The notes below the pieces were generated by a model, which saw only the letters and a list, made by a program, of their open reading frames with translations, ran no database searches and was not told the DNA's origin. The translations under genes were made by a program, and so were the position numbers. This document shows positions 51,015-64,000 of a DNA stretch of 64,000 nt, in pieces. The first letter of the stretch is position 1. Every line of letters starts with the position of its first letter. Location of the stretch: positions 59,706,001-59,770,000 of the forward strand of contig NC_091985.1 of the NCBI RefSeq assembly GCF_044704955.1, given 5' to 3'. This DNA is from Pristiophorus japonicus (lineage: Eukaryota).

Positions 51015-52324
51015 CTGAAACATTAGATTAGCAAATTAAGGCAAGTTCCAATCATGCCTAATTTTACCTTACAATACCCTGTAGTTTGTGAACATTCGTA
51101 CATGTGACAGGTATTAGAGTTAAATCATAAAGGAAATCTATAGCAGGTTAATTAAACAATTGTTAATCAGGGAAGCCAAAAATAGAATGCTGTTTGACTT
51201 CTGGTATACCACAAAGGAAAAATTATAGATTTAAATGCACGTATGGATAAATATTTAAGTATATTACTCCTGGGTTTTTAAAAGAAAATAACATTGAATA
51301 CAACCCATTCTTAATAAATTAATCGTTGTTTTCTTAGCAGAAACATGCACAACTGCGTAATAGAGTGACCGATACTGACAAATAAAGACACAGCATACAA
51401 AAGTTCCTTTTTTTCTGGTGCACGGTGAACTATTATCATTATCTACAAAACAAAATGAAGTTCAGCTCCATTTGAGCAGAATTAATTAACATTAAGCTAT
51501 GTGTCAACTGTAGAATTTAAATCCTCTTAATTCTAATGTAATCAACATGTAAACAAAATAAATCTTGAACTGTTGGATTCAATCTACATTTAGTTTGATT
51601 AAATCCAAACAGTTGGATTAATTTATTTAATTATTTCAGACATGCTCTGAACTTAATCCACATTATTTTCAAAACAAAGTGAAATGCCCAATTACCACTG
51701 AATATAAACTAGTGGAAGCTGGGAGTGATCAGAAGGCAGCAGTTTCATCAACGGGTTCAGACAATATCTAAAACTAGATGGGTGAAATTTAAATGGTTAA
51801 CCAACATCCAAGTGAACCTAGATAAGATTACAGCTTCAAAATCAATGCATTATATTATGTTCTCCTAATTATCATTACATATACTATGAACTTTACAGGC
51901 ATTGTTACATTAAGCCTTAAATTATTTTTGTTTATTGGTAGCAACTGTCCTGGTGGACTGCAACACCTAGTGTGATGTCGATTATTAATTCTTGATTGCA
52001 TCTAAACTAAAGTATTAGTTGTGGTACGGTTGCTTATTAAGTGATAAACAACAACTTTTTACTGGGAATTAATTCAGTCAGCTATTATTAAAATAGGATA
52101 GTTTGGGTTAAATGTAAAATAATAGCAACTACATCAGAAAGTTACACATGGTTAGTGGTCTGCCATTGGATACAAATCAAAACTATGATCATCTAATCTT
52201 CTTGCAAACATTCTTTGTACTTTATTATGCCAGGTTAGCAAAAATTCACCAAGAATGTTACTCCAGTCTCTGCAGTTTTCTCCCCACTTCACTTGTGTGG
52301 TGATCCATGTTGAGGCATGATTCA

Positions 52325-53510
52325 TAAGGACATAAAAACATGAGAAATAGGAACAGGAGTAGGCCATACGGCCCCTCGAGCCTGCTCCGCCATTCAATAA
52401 GATCATGGCTGATCTGATTATGGACTCAGCTCCACTTCCCTGCCTGCTCCCCATAATCCTTTATCCCCTTGCCGATTAATGTCTATTAACTGTCTATTTC
52501 TGTCTTAAATTTATTCAATGTCCCAGCTTCCACAGCTCTCTGAGGCAGCGAATTCCACAGATTCACAATCCTCTGAGAGAAGAAATTTTTCCTCATCTCT
52601 GTTTTAAATGGGCGGCCCCTTATTCTAAGATCGTCCCCTCTAGTTTGAGTCTCCCCCATCAGTGGAAACATCCTCTCTGCATCCACCCTGTCAAGCCCCT
52701 CATAATCTTATACATCTCGATAAGATCACCTCTCATTCTTCTGAATTCCAATGAGTAGAGGCCCAACCTACTCAACCTTTCCTCATAAGTCAACCCCCTC
52801 ATCCCCGGAATCAACCTAGTGAACCTTCTCTGAACTGCCTCCAAAGCAAGTATATCCTTTCGTAAATATGGAAACCAAAACTGTATGCAGTCTTCCAGGT
52901 GTGGCCTCACCAATACCTTATATAGCTGTAGCAAGACTTCCCTGCTTTTATACTCCATCCCCTTTGCAATAAAGGTCAAGATACCATTGGCCTTCCTGAT
53001 CACTTGCTGTACCTGAATACTATCCTTCTGTGTTTCATGCACAAGTACCCCCAGGTCCCTTTGTACTGTGGCACTTTGCAATCTTTCTCCATTTAAATAA
53101 TAACCGTTTTTGATTTTTTTTCTTTCCAACACTTTCCAACATTATACTTCATCTGCCAAATTTTTGTTCACTCACTTAGCTTGTCTATGTCCTTTTGCAG
53201 GTTTTTTGCGTCCTCCTCACATAGTGCTTTTCCTCCCATCTTTGTATCGTGACCAAACTTGGCTACGTTACACTCAGTCCCTTCTTCCAAGTCGTTCATA
53301 TACATTGTAAATAGTTGGGGTCCCAGCACTGATCCCTGCGCCACCCCACTAGTTACTGGTTGCCAACCAGAGAATGAACCATTGATCCCGACTCTCTGTT
53401 CTCTGTTAGTTAGCTAATCCTCTATCCGTGCTAATATATTACCTCAACCCCGTGAACTTTTATCTTGTGCGGTAACCTTTTATGTGGCACCTTGTCAAAT
53501 GCCTTCTGGA
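52325..53510 (-). mobile_element. CR1 LINE fragment (RT to 3' end)
   Basis: ORFs 52659-53132 and 52486-52686; closely similar to the 13882 and 47995 copies. Confidence 0.92.
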
Positions 53511-54763
53511 TGCTGGCGGTCACCTGGTACCTCACCCAAGTAGCTAATTTTTATCCAAGTTTTGACAGTGAGTGTTGGCATCATAGCAGAGCCACATCCT
53601 GACATGACTTGACATACATAAATACTATCTAGCTGGGTCAGAAACAGCAAGCCCTGCTGACATTGCCCCTATCCTTAAACAGTAGAACTGAGGCTAATTT
53701 TAATTTCCCTCAAATTGGCTGAGATTAATTCAGCATAGCGCCATCTTGTACAGTCAATTCTTAAAACAAAGCACCATAGTAATCCACTACAGAAATCTAA
53801 GTGTTGGGATTTATTTTGAATAGTGTTCTATGATAGAGTTTACTTTTTAAAGAGGGTTTTAGTTACAAGGCCCAAACCTGTTTTCAGTCCTTCCACATTT
53901 CTGTTTGGTTACCTTATAGTGCACAGTAAGGATACTTACACAAATTATGTTTTAGACTCTATACCAAGTACCAAGGAAATAACACAACTCATGAACAACA
54001 CAAACATGAGTGAGTTATATAGGTCTCCTTCATACACATTATTCAACCTATATGACATGTGTAGAATGCACACAGTATACTTAAACAGGAAAGTATTGAT
54101 CTGTTATGTGAGATATTGTATAGGCTTGATATTAAGACTTTTATGGGTAAATTCATTTAATCTTATTTTATTTTGGGGCTGTATTTTCGGATTATTTTTT
54201 TAATCAAATAATCATACCAGTGATTTCGGCATTGCAAAATGTCTATTTTTCTAAAAGAGATGACATTTTTTAAGTTGCACACAATATAGCATTGCATAAA
54301 ATGTCATATCAAAGTTAATGAACACCAGTGACACTTTACATTAAACAGATTATAGATACAGCTGCACCTTCATTTTTTTCTAATTTTATACAAATTAAAA
54401 ATAAGAGACTGGAGACAAAAAAGCAGCCAGACTATGAAAATGTAGGTTTTTCTTTTGTATTCAATGCTAATGGGACCACTTTAAATCATTTATACAACTC
54501 TCTTAAGAGGACACCTATTAATCTGATGTCAAATTTGAAAGTACCATATGGTGAAGGGAATAAATGTTAATATCCCTGTTGCACCAGGAGGAAAGCACTT
54601 TTAAACCACTTCATGGATGACCCAAGAACCACGCACACATGGCAATATTTCTGAAAAAAGCAAATAAATGTAGCTAAAAAGGCATTTTCTTATTTGAAAA
54701 CCATTTTTTATCTATACAACACCTCACACAGGCCTTAAGTAGAGTTACATCATTACATCTTAC

Positions 54764-54799
54764 CTCTGTAGGACATCAAAAGTCGTTTCTTCACACTTC
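54764..54799 (-). CDS. MTA3: MTA-family microexon (36 nt, phase 1 to 1): (G)SVKKRLLMSYR
   Basis: tttgttactgttaccag acceptor and gtaaga donor; matches MTA1 GNMKKRLLMPSR. Confidence 0.88.
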
Positions 54800-55346
54800 C
54801 TGGTAACAGTAACAAATGGAAAAACGGTTCATAAGGTCCACAGTATTTGGTGCTAGTTGCAGCTTACACAATTCATCACAATATATCACTGCACAATATA
54901 TACAACAATAATTCATATTCAACAAATATTGCTTTCACCAGCCACAAATAATCATGAACCTTTGCTCCCAACGAGAAAGCATTTCTAAGGTGGAAGCTGT
55001 TCATTCTACTTGCACTGCCTCACATATAAGATTTTCACACATGGATAAGTTTCAATACTACTACTCAAAGCTTGCACCCACGATTCTTCACATTGGGCTC
55101 CCAATTTTAACTGGCTACAAACTGGGGATACTGGGACAGTGTAGTGTCCCCATTGTGCTAGTTGAGGTTGGTTAGATTAGCACAGAACAAGAATTGAACC
55201 TGTAACTTTAATAAATGTATTAAGTCTGCATTATATAAATCACAGATACTCATTATAAATGGCCTTCAGGCTTACTGTAGTCGTGTGCCTACTTTGAAGC
55301 CTTTAGCAGATTTCAGCCACACACACAGGTCTATTTGATAAGATAA

Positions 55347-55725
55347 TAGGGTTGCAAATCCAGGCCCATTGTGTAACGACAATTGGAATTCTCCAGAAGC
55401 CAGGACCTGGCCTTGCACTCTAGTTTACAGATGGCCTGGTGGGAGTGGAACCTCCACCCATCCCAAACAAGATCACAATGTAGAGGGCAATAGTTTTAAC
55501 ACTAGGAGTTCCCGTGATCTCAGCCCTGAAAGGAACTTATATGCCTGGTAAAAGCAGGTATACTGGCCAGCTCCGTGGTGGAAGTGGGGCTCACTTAGGC
55601 ATTCCAGCTCAGGATCATGTCCTGGATCCTGAAATCCTGAACTGGAATTTGTATTTTCTTTTTTTTTTTAAATTTACCTCTGTAAGGGACCTATGGGGGC
55701 ACCTAAGTTAATTCTGGCAACCCAA
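55347..55725. mobile_element. Possible hAT-type MITE
   Basis: TAGGGTTGCAA ... TGGCAACCCAA inverted ends; no clear TSD. Confidence 0.4.
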
Positions 55726-57282
55726 CACCACCTTCTCCTTCAACCCTAGGGACTTACACTGGACTTGGGCAAATGTGCTCGCAGCTGCCATGGCCCCTTC
55801 AGCCAGGTTTGTGCTGATGAGCCCGTAGCTTACCATGATCATGCAAACTACAGTACTTTATTAAGTCTAGAAATGCCTCTTTTTTTTCTTTTAAAGTAGT
55901 CCATGCCACTGAGCATCTTACTCTCTTTTGCTGTCAGTCAGTCTCTTGTCTTTACCTCCTATTTACATATGACCAATTTGAGTTTCACCATGTTAATCTC
56001 TTCTAATGTGCCTGCCTCTTTGTCACCAACCTCTATTTTGTCTTCTAATGTTCCCACCTAGCTTATTTATTTTTTCCCCATCCAATCATCCCGCTTCCCT
56101 TGCTAGGTTCTATTATTCATTATGCACATTCTTCAAAGGACTGTAATGTTATTATTTTACTCCACACTGATCTACATGAGTAGATATGTGAGCAAAACCT
56201 AAGCAAACTGTTACATTAATAATGGAATATAAATTCAACATTTTTCTTCTTTCTTGCTCAAGTGTTGGACCCAATATAACCCATCCTGTCCTCACCCAAC
56301 ATGCACACTTTCCAACTGAGCTGGAGCACTACTTGAGTTTTCTATTCCTTGGACAGGGACACACACACTAACTCTAACAATACCATCAAGATCTAATAAT
56401 TTGTTCAGGAATTGAACTTCAGATCTTCTTGGTTGGTTATTTATGGCGGTGCATTTACCCACTCAAAAATAGTAAATATTTTAAACATTGATGATAATAC
56501 TGCAATCAAGCAAGCTGATGGCTTAAAAGACCAACATATTGGAATGAGGCTTGCAGACTGAAATTTGTACTATGTAACTTATTAAGCAGCCAAATTTTAG
56601 TCTATTTTACTACCAGTTCGGAGAAGGTAACTTTGAAAGCATTCAAATTGCTCTGTATGCTTTAATGAACAGAAGGTTTGCTCGTCCAGCATAATACACA
56701 ATGGAATTTCCATTTTAATTATAATATAAAAGAATGGTTGCTACAAACTTATTTATCAAAGACTGAGACTCGTATAAAGTAATCTGGCAGACTAATTTCC
56801 ATAATTTGAATATTACGTGAAACTCCTGAACCATAACAAAGATCGATTGTGGATTGTTCAGAGCTACATTAAAAATGATGTCCAGAAGTAAGGCACTCAA
56901 CTCACAACTCAGATGATAGTTAAGGTTGAGGTTCATACTTACTTATATTCAAATTGCCAGTCTTCAAAGTTAACCCTTTGCTAGTTCTGAACCTGATGTT
57001 TAGGTGAACATTGCACAGGAATGGAGTGTCTTCTTTTTTGAGGGAAGAAACTAGGAAAATAGCAGCACTCAGCTCCTGACACAGTACTCAGTAGAAAACT
57101 GCACAACCAAAAATGATAATATCCTCCCCTCTAAAGAACAGAACAAAGCAGCAGGAGGCAACAATGAAGATATATAAAAGTAGGAAACCATACAAATAAA
57201 ACTCTGAATATACTACTTATCTGAACATACTATTTAGTAACTATTTTACAATACAATACTTAAACTGTGGTGTGAAACTAAC

Positions 57283-57441
57283 CATCCACACCATTGTGCT
57301 GGCTGTAGCTTCGCTTTCCTACAATAGGTGGAGAGCCGTGGTTTTGAATTGCAAATAGTCGTTTTGGTGATTGACTCGAATTCCCTGAAGTGAGGCTTGG
57401 CATTGTTCTGAACACCTTTGGCTTTATAGCAGGATGCACTT
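57283..57441 (-). CDS. MTA3: MTA3-like exon (159 nt, phase 1 to 1): (E)VHPAIKPKVFRTMPSLTSGNSSQSPKRLFAIQNHGSPPIVGKRSYSQHNGVD
   Basis: ctttctttccaatttgcag acceptor and gttagt donor. Closer to human MTA3 (EIHPAKKPNVIRSTPSL...KR....NH...ILGKRNYSHHNGLD) than to MTA1. Confidence 0.9.
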
Positions 57442-58109
57442 CTGCAAATTGGAAAGAAAGTAAAATACAATTAGACAATAGGGAAAGTGAAAGAAAAAGC
57501 TGGAAAAAAAAAATCGCATTCATGACATTTGATTTCTATTATTTTATTACATGCACCAACTTGATGTGGTTTATACTATATTGCATGTTTGTGTACAATT
57601 CACTAAGTTATTTTTTTCAAAATAACAGTGCTTCTAAGCACATATGGCGTAGTAAGATCTGTCCAATGTAAATTCAGAGCACCTTGGTTAAAGCACAGTC
57701 TTGTTTGCTTCAATCATCATTAAATAAATTACTTTTCAATATTAAATCACATCTATCAACAATTAACAGTATGTACACAGTAGCATTAGGATATGTTCTC
57801 TTCTCTTTCCATTGCTGGGCTATTGAGAGGAGTACATATCCCCACTCCTCCGATATCTTTGTACATCTGCCCTCACTCATTCTCAACCTTCACACAAACT
57901 CTCCCACCCACATCACAGATCAACCCTCAACCTCGCCAAATCTGAGGTTTCTATCTAGGACAAAGTAATTTATGATAATTTCCTCATTTTTCTTAACATC
58001 CACGGCACTTTATCTGCTTCAACCTTTCTGAAATTAGCCTATGGAAAAAAACTAGCACCCAGCTCCTGTTCCAACATCCTCTCAAGTTCCCAATGTCCAT
58101 TCTTCGCAA

Positions 58110-58390
58110 GTATCAACTTAATTCAGTTGGTAGCACTTCTGGCCAAGTCAGACATGAGCGCATAATTGTAGCCAATATTTTAGTGCAGTACTGAGGGTAG
58201 ACTACACTGTTCGAAGTGCCATCTTTTGGCTTAGGTGTTAAATCAATGGCCCAACTACCTTTTTGATGAATTCAAGGAAAAGAACCTATGGCACTATGGA
58301 AAGAGAGGTAGGGAGCTCTCCCAGTATGCTAGGCAACATTCCCCATGTAACCAATATCCAAAACAAAAAAAGGTTATTTGGTTATTCATT
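58110..58390 (+). mobile_element. Decayed DeuSINE-like SINE, 5' part
   Basis: CAGTTGGTAGCAC...AGTCAGA..GTGCAGTACTGAGGG...GTGCCATCTTT; similar to the 23125-23760 copy. Confidence 0.5.
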
Positions 58391-58399
58391 CAATACCAC

Positions 58400-60075
58400 A
58401 CAAAAGACTACTGGAGAAGATTACAGGTATGGAATTAGGGGAGTGATAGCACATTGGATTTAAAAATTAGTTAGAAGATTTGAAACATAGAGCAGCAGTT
58501 AAAGGCAGTTTCTGTGAGTGGTTGGAAATAGTTAGCAGTGCTTCAGAGTTCCGTTCTCAACTGCTTCTACTCAATATATACATCAATGATTTGGATATTT
58601 GGGCTAAAGGCTGTGGTATCCAAATTATACTAAAATAGGAAGCATTATAAATCATTTTGAGGAAAAAAGTCACAAAAAGATTTTGATAAGCTGGTGAAAT
58701 GGGCAAAATGTAGCAGATGGAAATCAATGCGAGGAAGTACATTTTGCTAATGAAGTATGGCTATACTTTGAATTGGGCAAAGCTTGGTGATGTAGAAGAG
58801 CACATAAATTTAAAGGTTCTGGGAATTCCAGTTGTAATGGTGAATCTGTAGAAAATCTTGTAAAACCACAATTGGAATACCACATGCAGCTTTGGGCTCC
58901 ATACTATAGGAGAATGTTCAGACAAGAGAAAGAATAAAGTGAAGATTGGATTTTGCCTTTTATGAGGAAATATAAATACTTGATGAATTTGCATTATTTT
59001 CATTAGAACAGATGAGATTAAGGGGTAATTTGGTAGAACTGTTTAAAATTAAAGGGATGGGACAGTGAATGTAGAGATTGTTTCCAGTAGTTAAGTGGTC
59101 GACAACAAGGGAACATATATTGATATTAAATGGAAGAGAGTTATGAGAGAGTAGAAATTATTTTACAAAAAGATGCGAGGCTGTTGAATGCACTAGCAGA
59201 GTTGGTGATTGAGACGGAGATCATGTCACATTTACTAGGTTAAATCATCATCATCATCATAGGCAGTCCCTCGGAATCGAGGAAGACTTGCTTCCACTCC
59301 TGAAGTGAGTTATTTGTTGGCTGAACAGTCCAATACGAGAGCCACAGACTCTTGTCACAGGTGGGACAGATAGTCGTTGAGGGAAGGGGTGGGTGGGACT
59401 GGTTTGCCGTACGCTCTTTCCGCTGTCTGCGCTTTATTTCTGCATGCTCTCGACATCGAGGTGCTCAGTGCCCTCTCGGATGCACTTCCTCCACTTAGGG
59501 CGGTCCTGGGCCAGGGACTCCCAGGTGTCAGTGGGGATGCCACACTTTATCAGGGAGGCTTTGAGGGTGTCCTTGTAGCGTTTCCGCTGCCCACCTTTGG
59601 CTCGTTTGCCATGAAGGAGCTCCGAGTAGAGCACTTGCTTTGGGAGTCTCGTGCCTAGCATGCGGACTATGTGGCCTGCCCAGCGATGCTGAGCGAGTAT
59701 GGTCAGTGCTTCAATCTTCAATGCTGGGGATGTTAGCCTGAATGAGGACGCTGATGTTGGATTTGTAGGATCTTGCGGAGACATGTTGGTGATATTTCTC
59801 CAGCAACTTGAGATGTCTACTGCACATGGTCCATGTCTCTGAGCCATACAGGAGGGCAGGTATTACTACAGCCCTGTAAACCAAGAACTTGGTGGCAGTT
59901 TTGAGGGCCTGGTCTTCAAACACTCCCCTCCTCAGGCGACCGAAGTTAAATAGACGGTTAAAGGAAAGGGGTATATTGGGTTATGGGAACTGAATGAGCG
60001 CATGGGATTAGGACTACTGCGCATAGATTGGTTAGGACAAACGGCCTGTTTTCCATGTTGTAATTTCTATGTAAT
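58400..60075 (+). mobile_element. Old decayed CR1, interrupted by RTE
   Basis: YGIRGVIAHWI, YINDLD and LEYHMQLWAPYY remnants; tail GGCCTGTTTTCCATGTTGTAATTTCTATGTAATT. Confidence 0.65.
59246..59944 (-). mobile_element. RTE LINE 3' fragment
   Basis: VYRAVVIPALLYGSETW, RWAGHIVRM..RLPKQVLYSEL; TSD GTTAAAT. Confidence 0.92.
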
Positions 60076-60189
60076 TCCTCAGCTCAGTGCTTGTTGATAT
60101 CGTTAAGGCTCCCTCTTCTCAGACTCTGTCACTATACTTCAAGACTACTTTGATTACCCTCATGGTCAATCCATCCAATTTGTTCAATT

Positions 60190-60560
60190 ATCAGCCAGTC
60201 TTCAAACTCCCTTTCCTTTAATTTCTATTTACAAATGCCATCTCTCTTCACACTACATCCTCCTTCAGCCCTATGCTCATGTATGCCCCTCTGTTCTTCT
60301 GAATTTGGCCTCCCTTGCAACCCCCCTCTCCTCCACTCTGCTTTCAATTGCAGAACTTTCACTCTTCCAGGCCCCACATCTCTCCACCTTGCTAGCTCTC
60401 ATCCCTCCTTCAAAAGTATCCTGAATACCTCCCTATACCCTCCCTGTCTTCTGATACCACATCTAACCCATCTTCCATCACTGCTCACTTGTGAAATGCT
60501 TTGGGAAGTTTTATTACGCTGAAGGCATTATTGCAAGCGTGAGTTGCAGTTGTTGTTAAC
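60190..60560 (+). mobile_element. Decayed L2 3' end
   Basis: TGTGAAATGCTTTGGGAAGTTTT..TGAAGGCATTA...GTTGTTG tail. Confidence 0.5.
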
Positions 60561-61579
60561 TGTCTCTTGAACCCATTTATATTGTGTTTCACTGGCTTTG
60601 CCTGGTAGCCTTCCCCCCCCCCCCCCCCCCCCCCCACACCAAGTATAATACTCTGTCAATAAGATTCTCACCAATAAACACTCTTACTTAAAAATCTTTG
60701 ACTTATGTCTCCTGGTATCTGAACCCTTTGGAATAGACGACAAGATGCTTTGTGAATTCTTTCCTTCATAACTTAAAACTTCAATTCGGCCGCCTTGAAA
60801 TCTCCATTCCAAAGAAAAGCAAGCCCAACTTTCTTCATCTTCTCTCATAAATTAAGGATACCTGGAAACATATTTGTTGCTTGCTTCTGTACCCTCTTAA
60901 AGGAAATAATTAATTTTGAATACATGTATGTATTGAAATCCATGATTGAATAACGATTAACATACAAGTAAACAGAAATAGGTGACAAAGATCTTAATTT
61001 ACTTAGCTTGAGCAGGAATGGCTAAAGATCAATGGAATATACTCCAGAACACAAAACGCACATCTCCTTATTTCTGAAAGTTTCTGCTGTGGAGTTCTTG
61101 TCACATTTGTTACAACTCCAGTTCATTCCTTAAAATTATGATGTATCAAAATTATATTTAATTTAAAAATCACTCCACAAAGCACTGTCAATGATACATT
61201 AAAACATTCTAAATGACTTTTTTTTTTGGGGGGGGGGGCTATGTGTTCTTTAAGGAAAAGTGGAAATTGACCCCATTCCACAGCAGTGGTATCCCTGAAC
61301 TTGATGAGCAGGAAAATGTGTTTATAGAAATGTTTAAACACTAAGATTGTCTTGCACCCTATTATTTTCTCAATTACATACCTTATTTGTAAGAACCATT
61401 TGTCAAGTTTTGATTGAAATAACCTCATTTAGTTTTTATCTTTTGATGATATATACATGATCATTCAATTTAAATATATTTCATTATCACTACAGATACA
61501 TTTCTCAATATTTTTATTTGAACTTCTAAAACAGACGTCAAATTAACAGCAGACAACTACCAAAACCTTCAACACCCAC

Positions 61580-61669
61580 CTAGATACTTGATAACACTTG
61601 TCAGAGGCTTCCTCAAAGGAGCTTTGATATTCAGTGGTCTTTTCACTGCCTCTGGAAATCTGGTTGTGC
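61580..61669 (-). CDS. MTA3: MTA-family exon (90 nt, phase 1 to 1): (x)TTRFPEAVKRPLNIKAPLRKPLTSVIKYL
   Basis: ctctctttcatctacag acceptor and gtgggt donor; corresponds to MTA1 CTARLPEASQSPLVLKQAVRKPLEAVLRYL and MTA3 ...RKPLACIIGYL. Confidence 0.88.
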
Positions 61670-62519
61670 CTGTAGATGAAAGAGAGACGTCTAATGTACA
61701 TGCCAGTAACCTAGATATTTTGACAGTACTCTAAGTGGAACTTTTTTTTACATTTTCTGTCCATTCCTCAAACATACTTCACAAAATATCAAGATCACAT
61801 GCAAGATCTTTTTCTGTGTCAAATGCAACAGGGACCCCGAGTTCAGTTGAACCCTCAGAAACACATTCTATAAGCAGCAGGTTAATAGATTCAAATTGTT
61901 AATCTTTGTACCACTGCTTATCCATTCCACAGTTGAGCTTAAACAAAAGTATTTGACACTAAAATTATAATCTAAAACTTGTTATCACTTCCAGTTGAAA
62001 TGTAACCAATTATATTTAAATTATCGGAGCAATAAAAGTTGTATAACTCCCAAAATGTTTGGAATCCAGATTGGATAATGGATCTTTTATTCCCCATTTA
62101 GTTTTTATCTAGTTGCAAAATGATCACCAATAATTCATCAACCCAATTCTCCAAACCATGCGTCCAATAAAGTGAGACTCTATGAAGAGCTTGCTAATTT
62201 AACCTTCATAAGTATGACTGCCACTGTAGTGATAAATCGTTGCTAGGAAGGAGAGCAGATTTGGAAAGAAGCAATTTTTATATTTTATAATTGTGCAGCT
62301 TTGGATTAGCTATCCTGCCTGCCTGTTCAAGTAGACACAAAACATCCCATGACAGTTATTCAATGCCCTGGCCAACATTCACCGCTTGACCGGTATCACC
62401 GATATAGATGAAATTAAGTGTCAGCCCAGATTATGTGCTTCTGCATTAGGGCTTGAACGTCTGACTTGGAAGCAAGAGTGATTCCACTGAGCCAAGTTGG
62501 CACTTTAAAAATATATAGA

Positions 62520-62820
62520 AACAACAGGGACCCAAGCATTAACCCGTGCAGGATTACTTTCAACATCTCTCCTGCTCAAACATTACACCTTCATAAATAG
62601 TGTGTTTCTTATTTTTGAGCAAGTTTTTTTTCCAGTGTAACATCATATCTTGGATCCGATAGCTTTAAGTTTAATTAGAAATCCTTCACATGGAAATTCA
62701 CAAAACCTTTCTGAAAGTCTAAATAAACTACATTACAGGATGTCACTATCTACTTTATCTGAAGTCAAGTGAGATTATCAGGTGAGTTCTTCTGTTCAAT
62801 CCATGCTGGCTGTTTCTTAA
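62520..62820 (-). mobile_element. Decayed CR1 RT fragment
   Basis: Reverse of QHG..R.HLIISL / VVYLDFQKGF / GLMLGP remnants. Confidence 0.5.
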
Positions 62821-63524
62821 TTTAGTGCTATAACTATAGCAAATACAGATGCTATGTAGTATTAACCTGCTCGTGTGTCCTAATGCTTCTTCTATGCACT
62901 GCCAATGTCCATTCTATCCAGCAGTGCCTTAAACAGTATTCCAATGTCACCCTATTTAAAAAAAATATTTGACCAATTCTTGTTCCAGAGTTACTTCATT
63001 CTTCATGCATGCTTTACATTATTAATAAAGATTTCAACAGTTTTCACAAACTTGCTTGTATACTCATCAATGAAAATGTTTGGAGTAAGTTTTAAGTTGA
63101 TTCAATCTAATTTGTGTAAAATTTTACTCCAAGGTACTAGCTAATTATATATTCTCTGCAACAAGTATGAACTTTTACAATTACTATAATTAGAAATCAT
63201 ACAACCAAAGAGGAACTATACTTAGGATGGCCAATTCTCTTGGCGGACTCTGCATTGATTACTTAAAAGATAAAGTAAGACAATCAGCAGCAACAGAACC
63301 AAACCTCATCATTTACGTTTGGTTTGTAAAAATACCGTGGATCCCTAGACTCAGCACAAGTCTGCTACAATGTACATCCATTATTTCACCCAAGATTGTC
63401 AAAGTACCACTGCAGCAGCAATACATTTGCACAATATTAACATTAGAGGTTATCAGACTTAATGCCTCCTTCATAACACTGACTGGATATAAATTCTAAG
63501 CAGAAGCAGCAGCAAGAACTCCCG

Positions 63525-63810
63525 AGTTATCTGCGCTCCCCCAAGTCAGGCCTCTTGAGCATCCCCGAATTTAATCGCTTGATCACTGACGGCCGTGCTT
63601 TCAGCTGCCAAGGCCCCAAGCTCTGGAATTTCCTCCCCAGCCCTCTCTTTTCTCCTTTAAGACGCTCCTTAAAACCTACCTCTGACCAAGCTTTCATCTG
63701 CCGTAATATCTCATGTGGCTCGGTGTCAAATTTTGTGTGCCAACTCTCTTGTGAAGCACCTTGGGATGTTTTACTATGTTAAAGGCGCTATATAAATGCA
63801 AGTTGTTGTT
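63525..63810 (+). mobile_element. L2 LINE 3' end
   Basis: GRAFSCQGPKLWNFLP; AAAGGCGCTATATAAATGCAAGTTGTTGTT tail. Confidence 0.85.
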
Positions 63811-64000
63811 AATTAAATGCCTCACTGTATCAGAATGAACGTTTCTTAATGCTTCCTATTGCTTTTCTTCATTTGCGTGTTGCTCACTTGAGTAAGGCCA
63901 TCAAAAAGTGAAATGTTAAATACACTGACAGCAATAGCACTGTACTCAGATGGTGTGGGGCAAATGATTTGTTACGTCAAGTAATTTATCGCTCACATAC

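Noticed and set aside
57283-57441. Assignment of the gene as MTA1 or MTA2
   Set aside because: The EVHPAIKPKVFRTMPSL...KR...NH pattern fits MTA3 better. MTA1 is disfavoured but not excluded without a phylogeny.

Overview
This is vertebrate genomic DNA, almost certainly from a cartilaginous fish (shark-type CR1, L2 and RTE LINEs, DeuSINE-type SINEs and Harbinger elements). It is mostly intron. Five small minus-strand coding exons (61580-61669, 57283-57441, 54764-54799, 50983-51014, 42358-42512) have canonical AG/GT sites and splice in phase. They encode the C-terminal part of an MTA-family NuRD subunit, most like MTA3, but continue into an MTA1/MTA2-type long tail. I did not find the upstream exons or the expected terminal exon in the window. 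The rest is densely nested, decayed transposons. The most unusual item is an internally deleted LTR element (1083-3755, minus). It keeps only a ~54-bp stub of the 5' LTR, a pseudogenised class I viral fusion (F-type env) gene and a full 3' LTR, with no gag or pol. Other points of note: a LINE endonuclease ORF headed by a tRNA-derived SINE-like 5' end, a solo LTR with a CTCF-like motif, candidate extra microexons, and inverted TE pairs inside the gene. All calls were made by eye with no database search, and repeat boundaries without a TIR or TSD are approximate.
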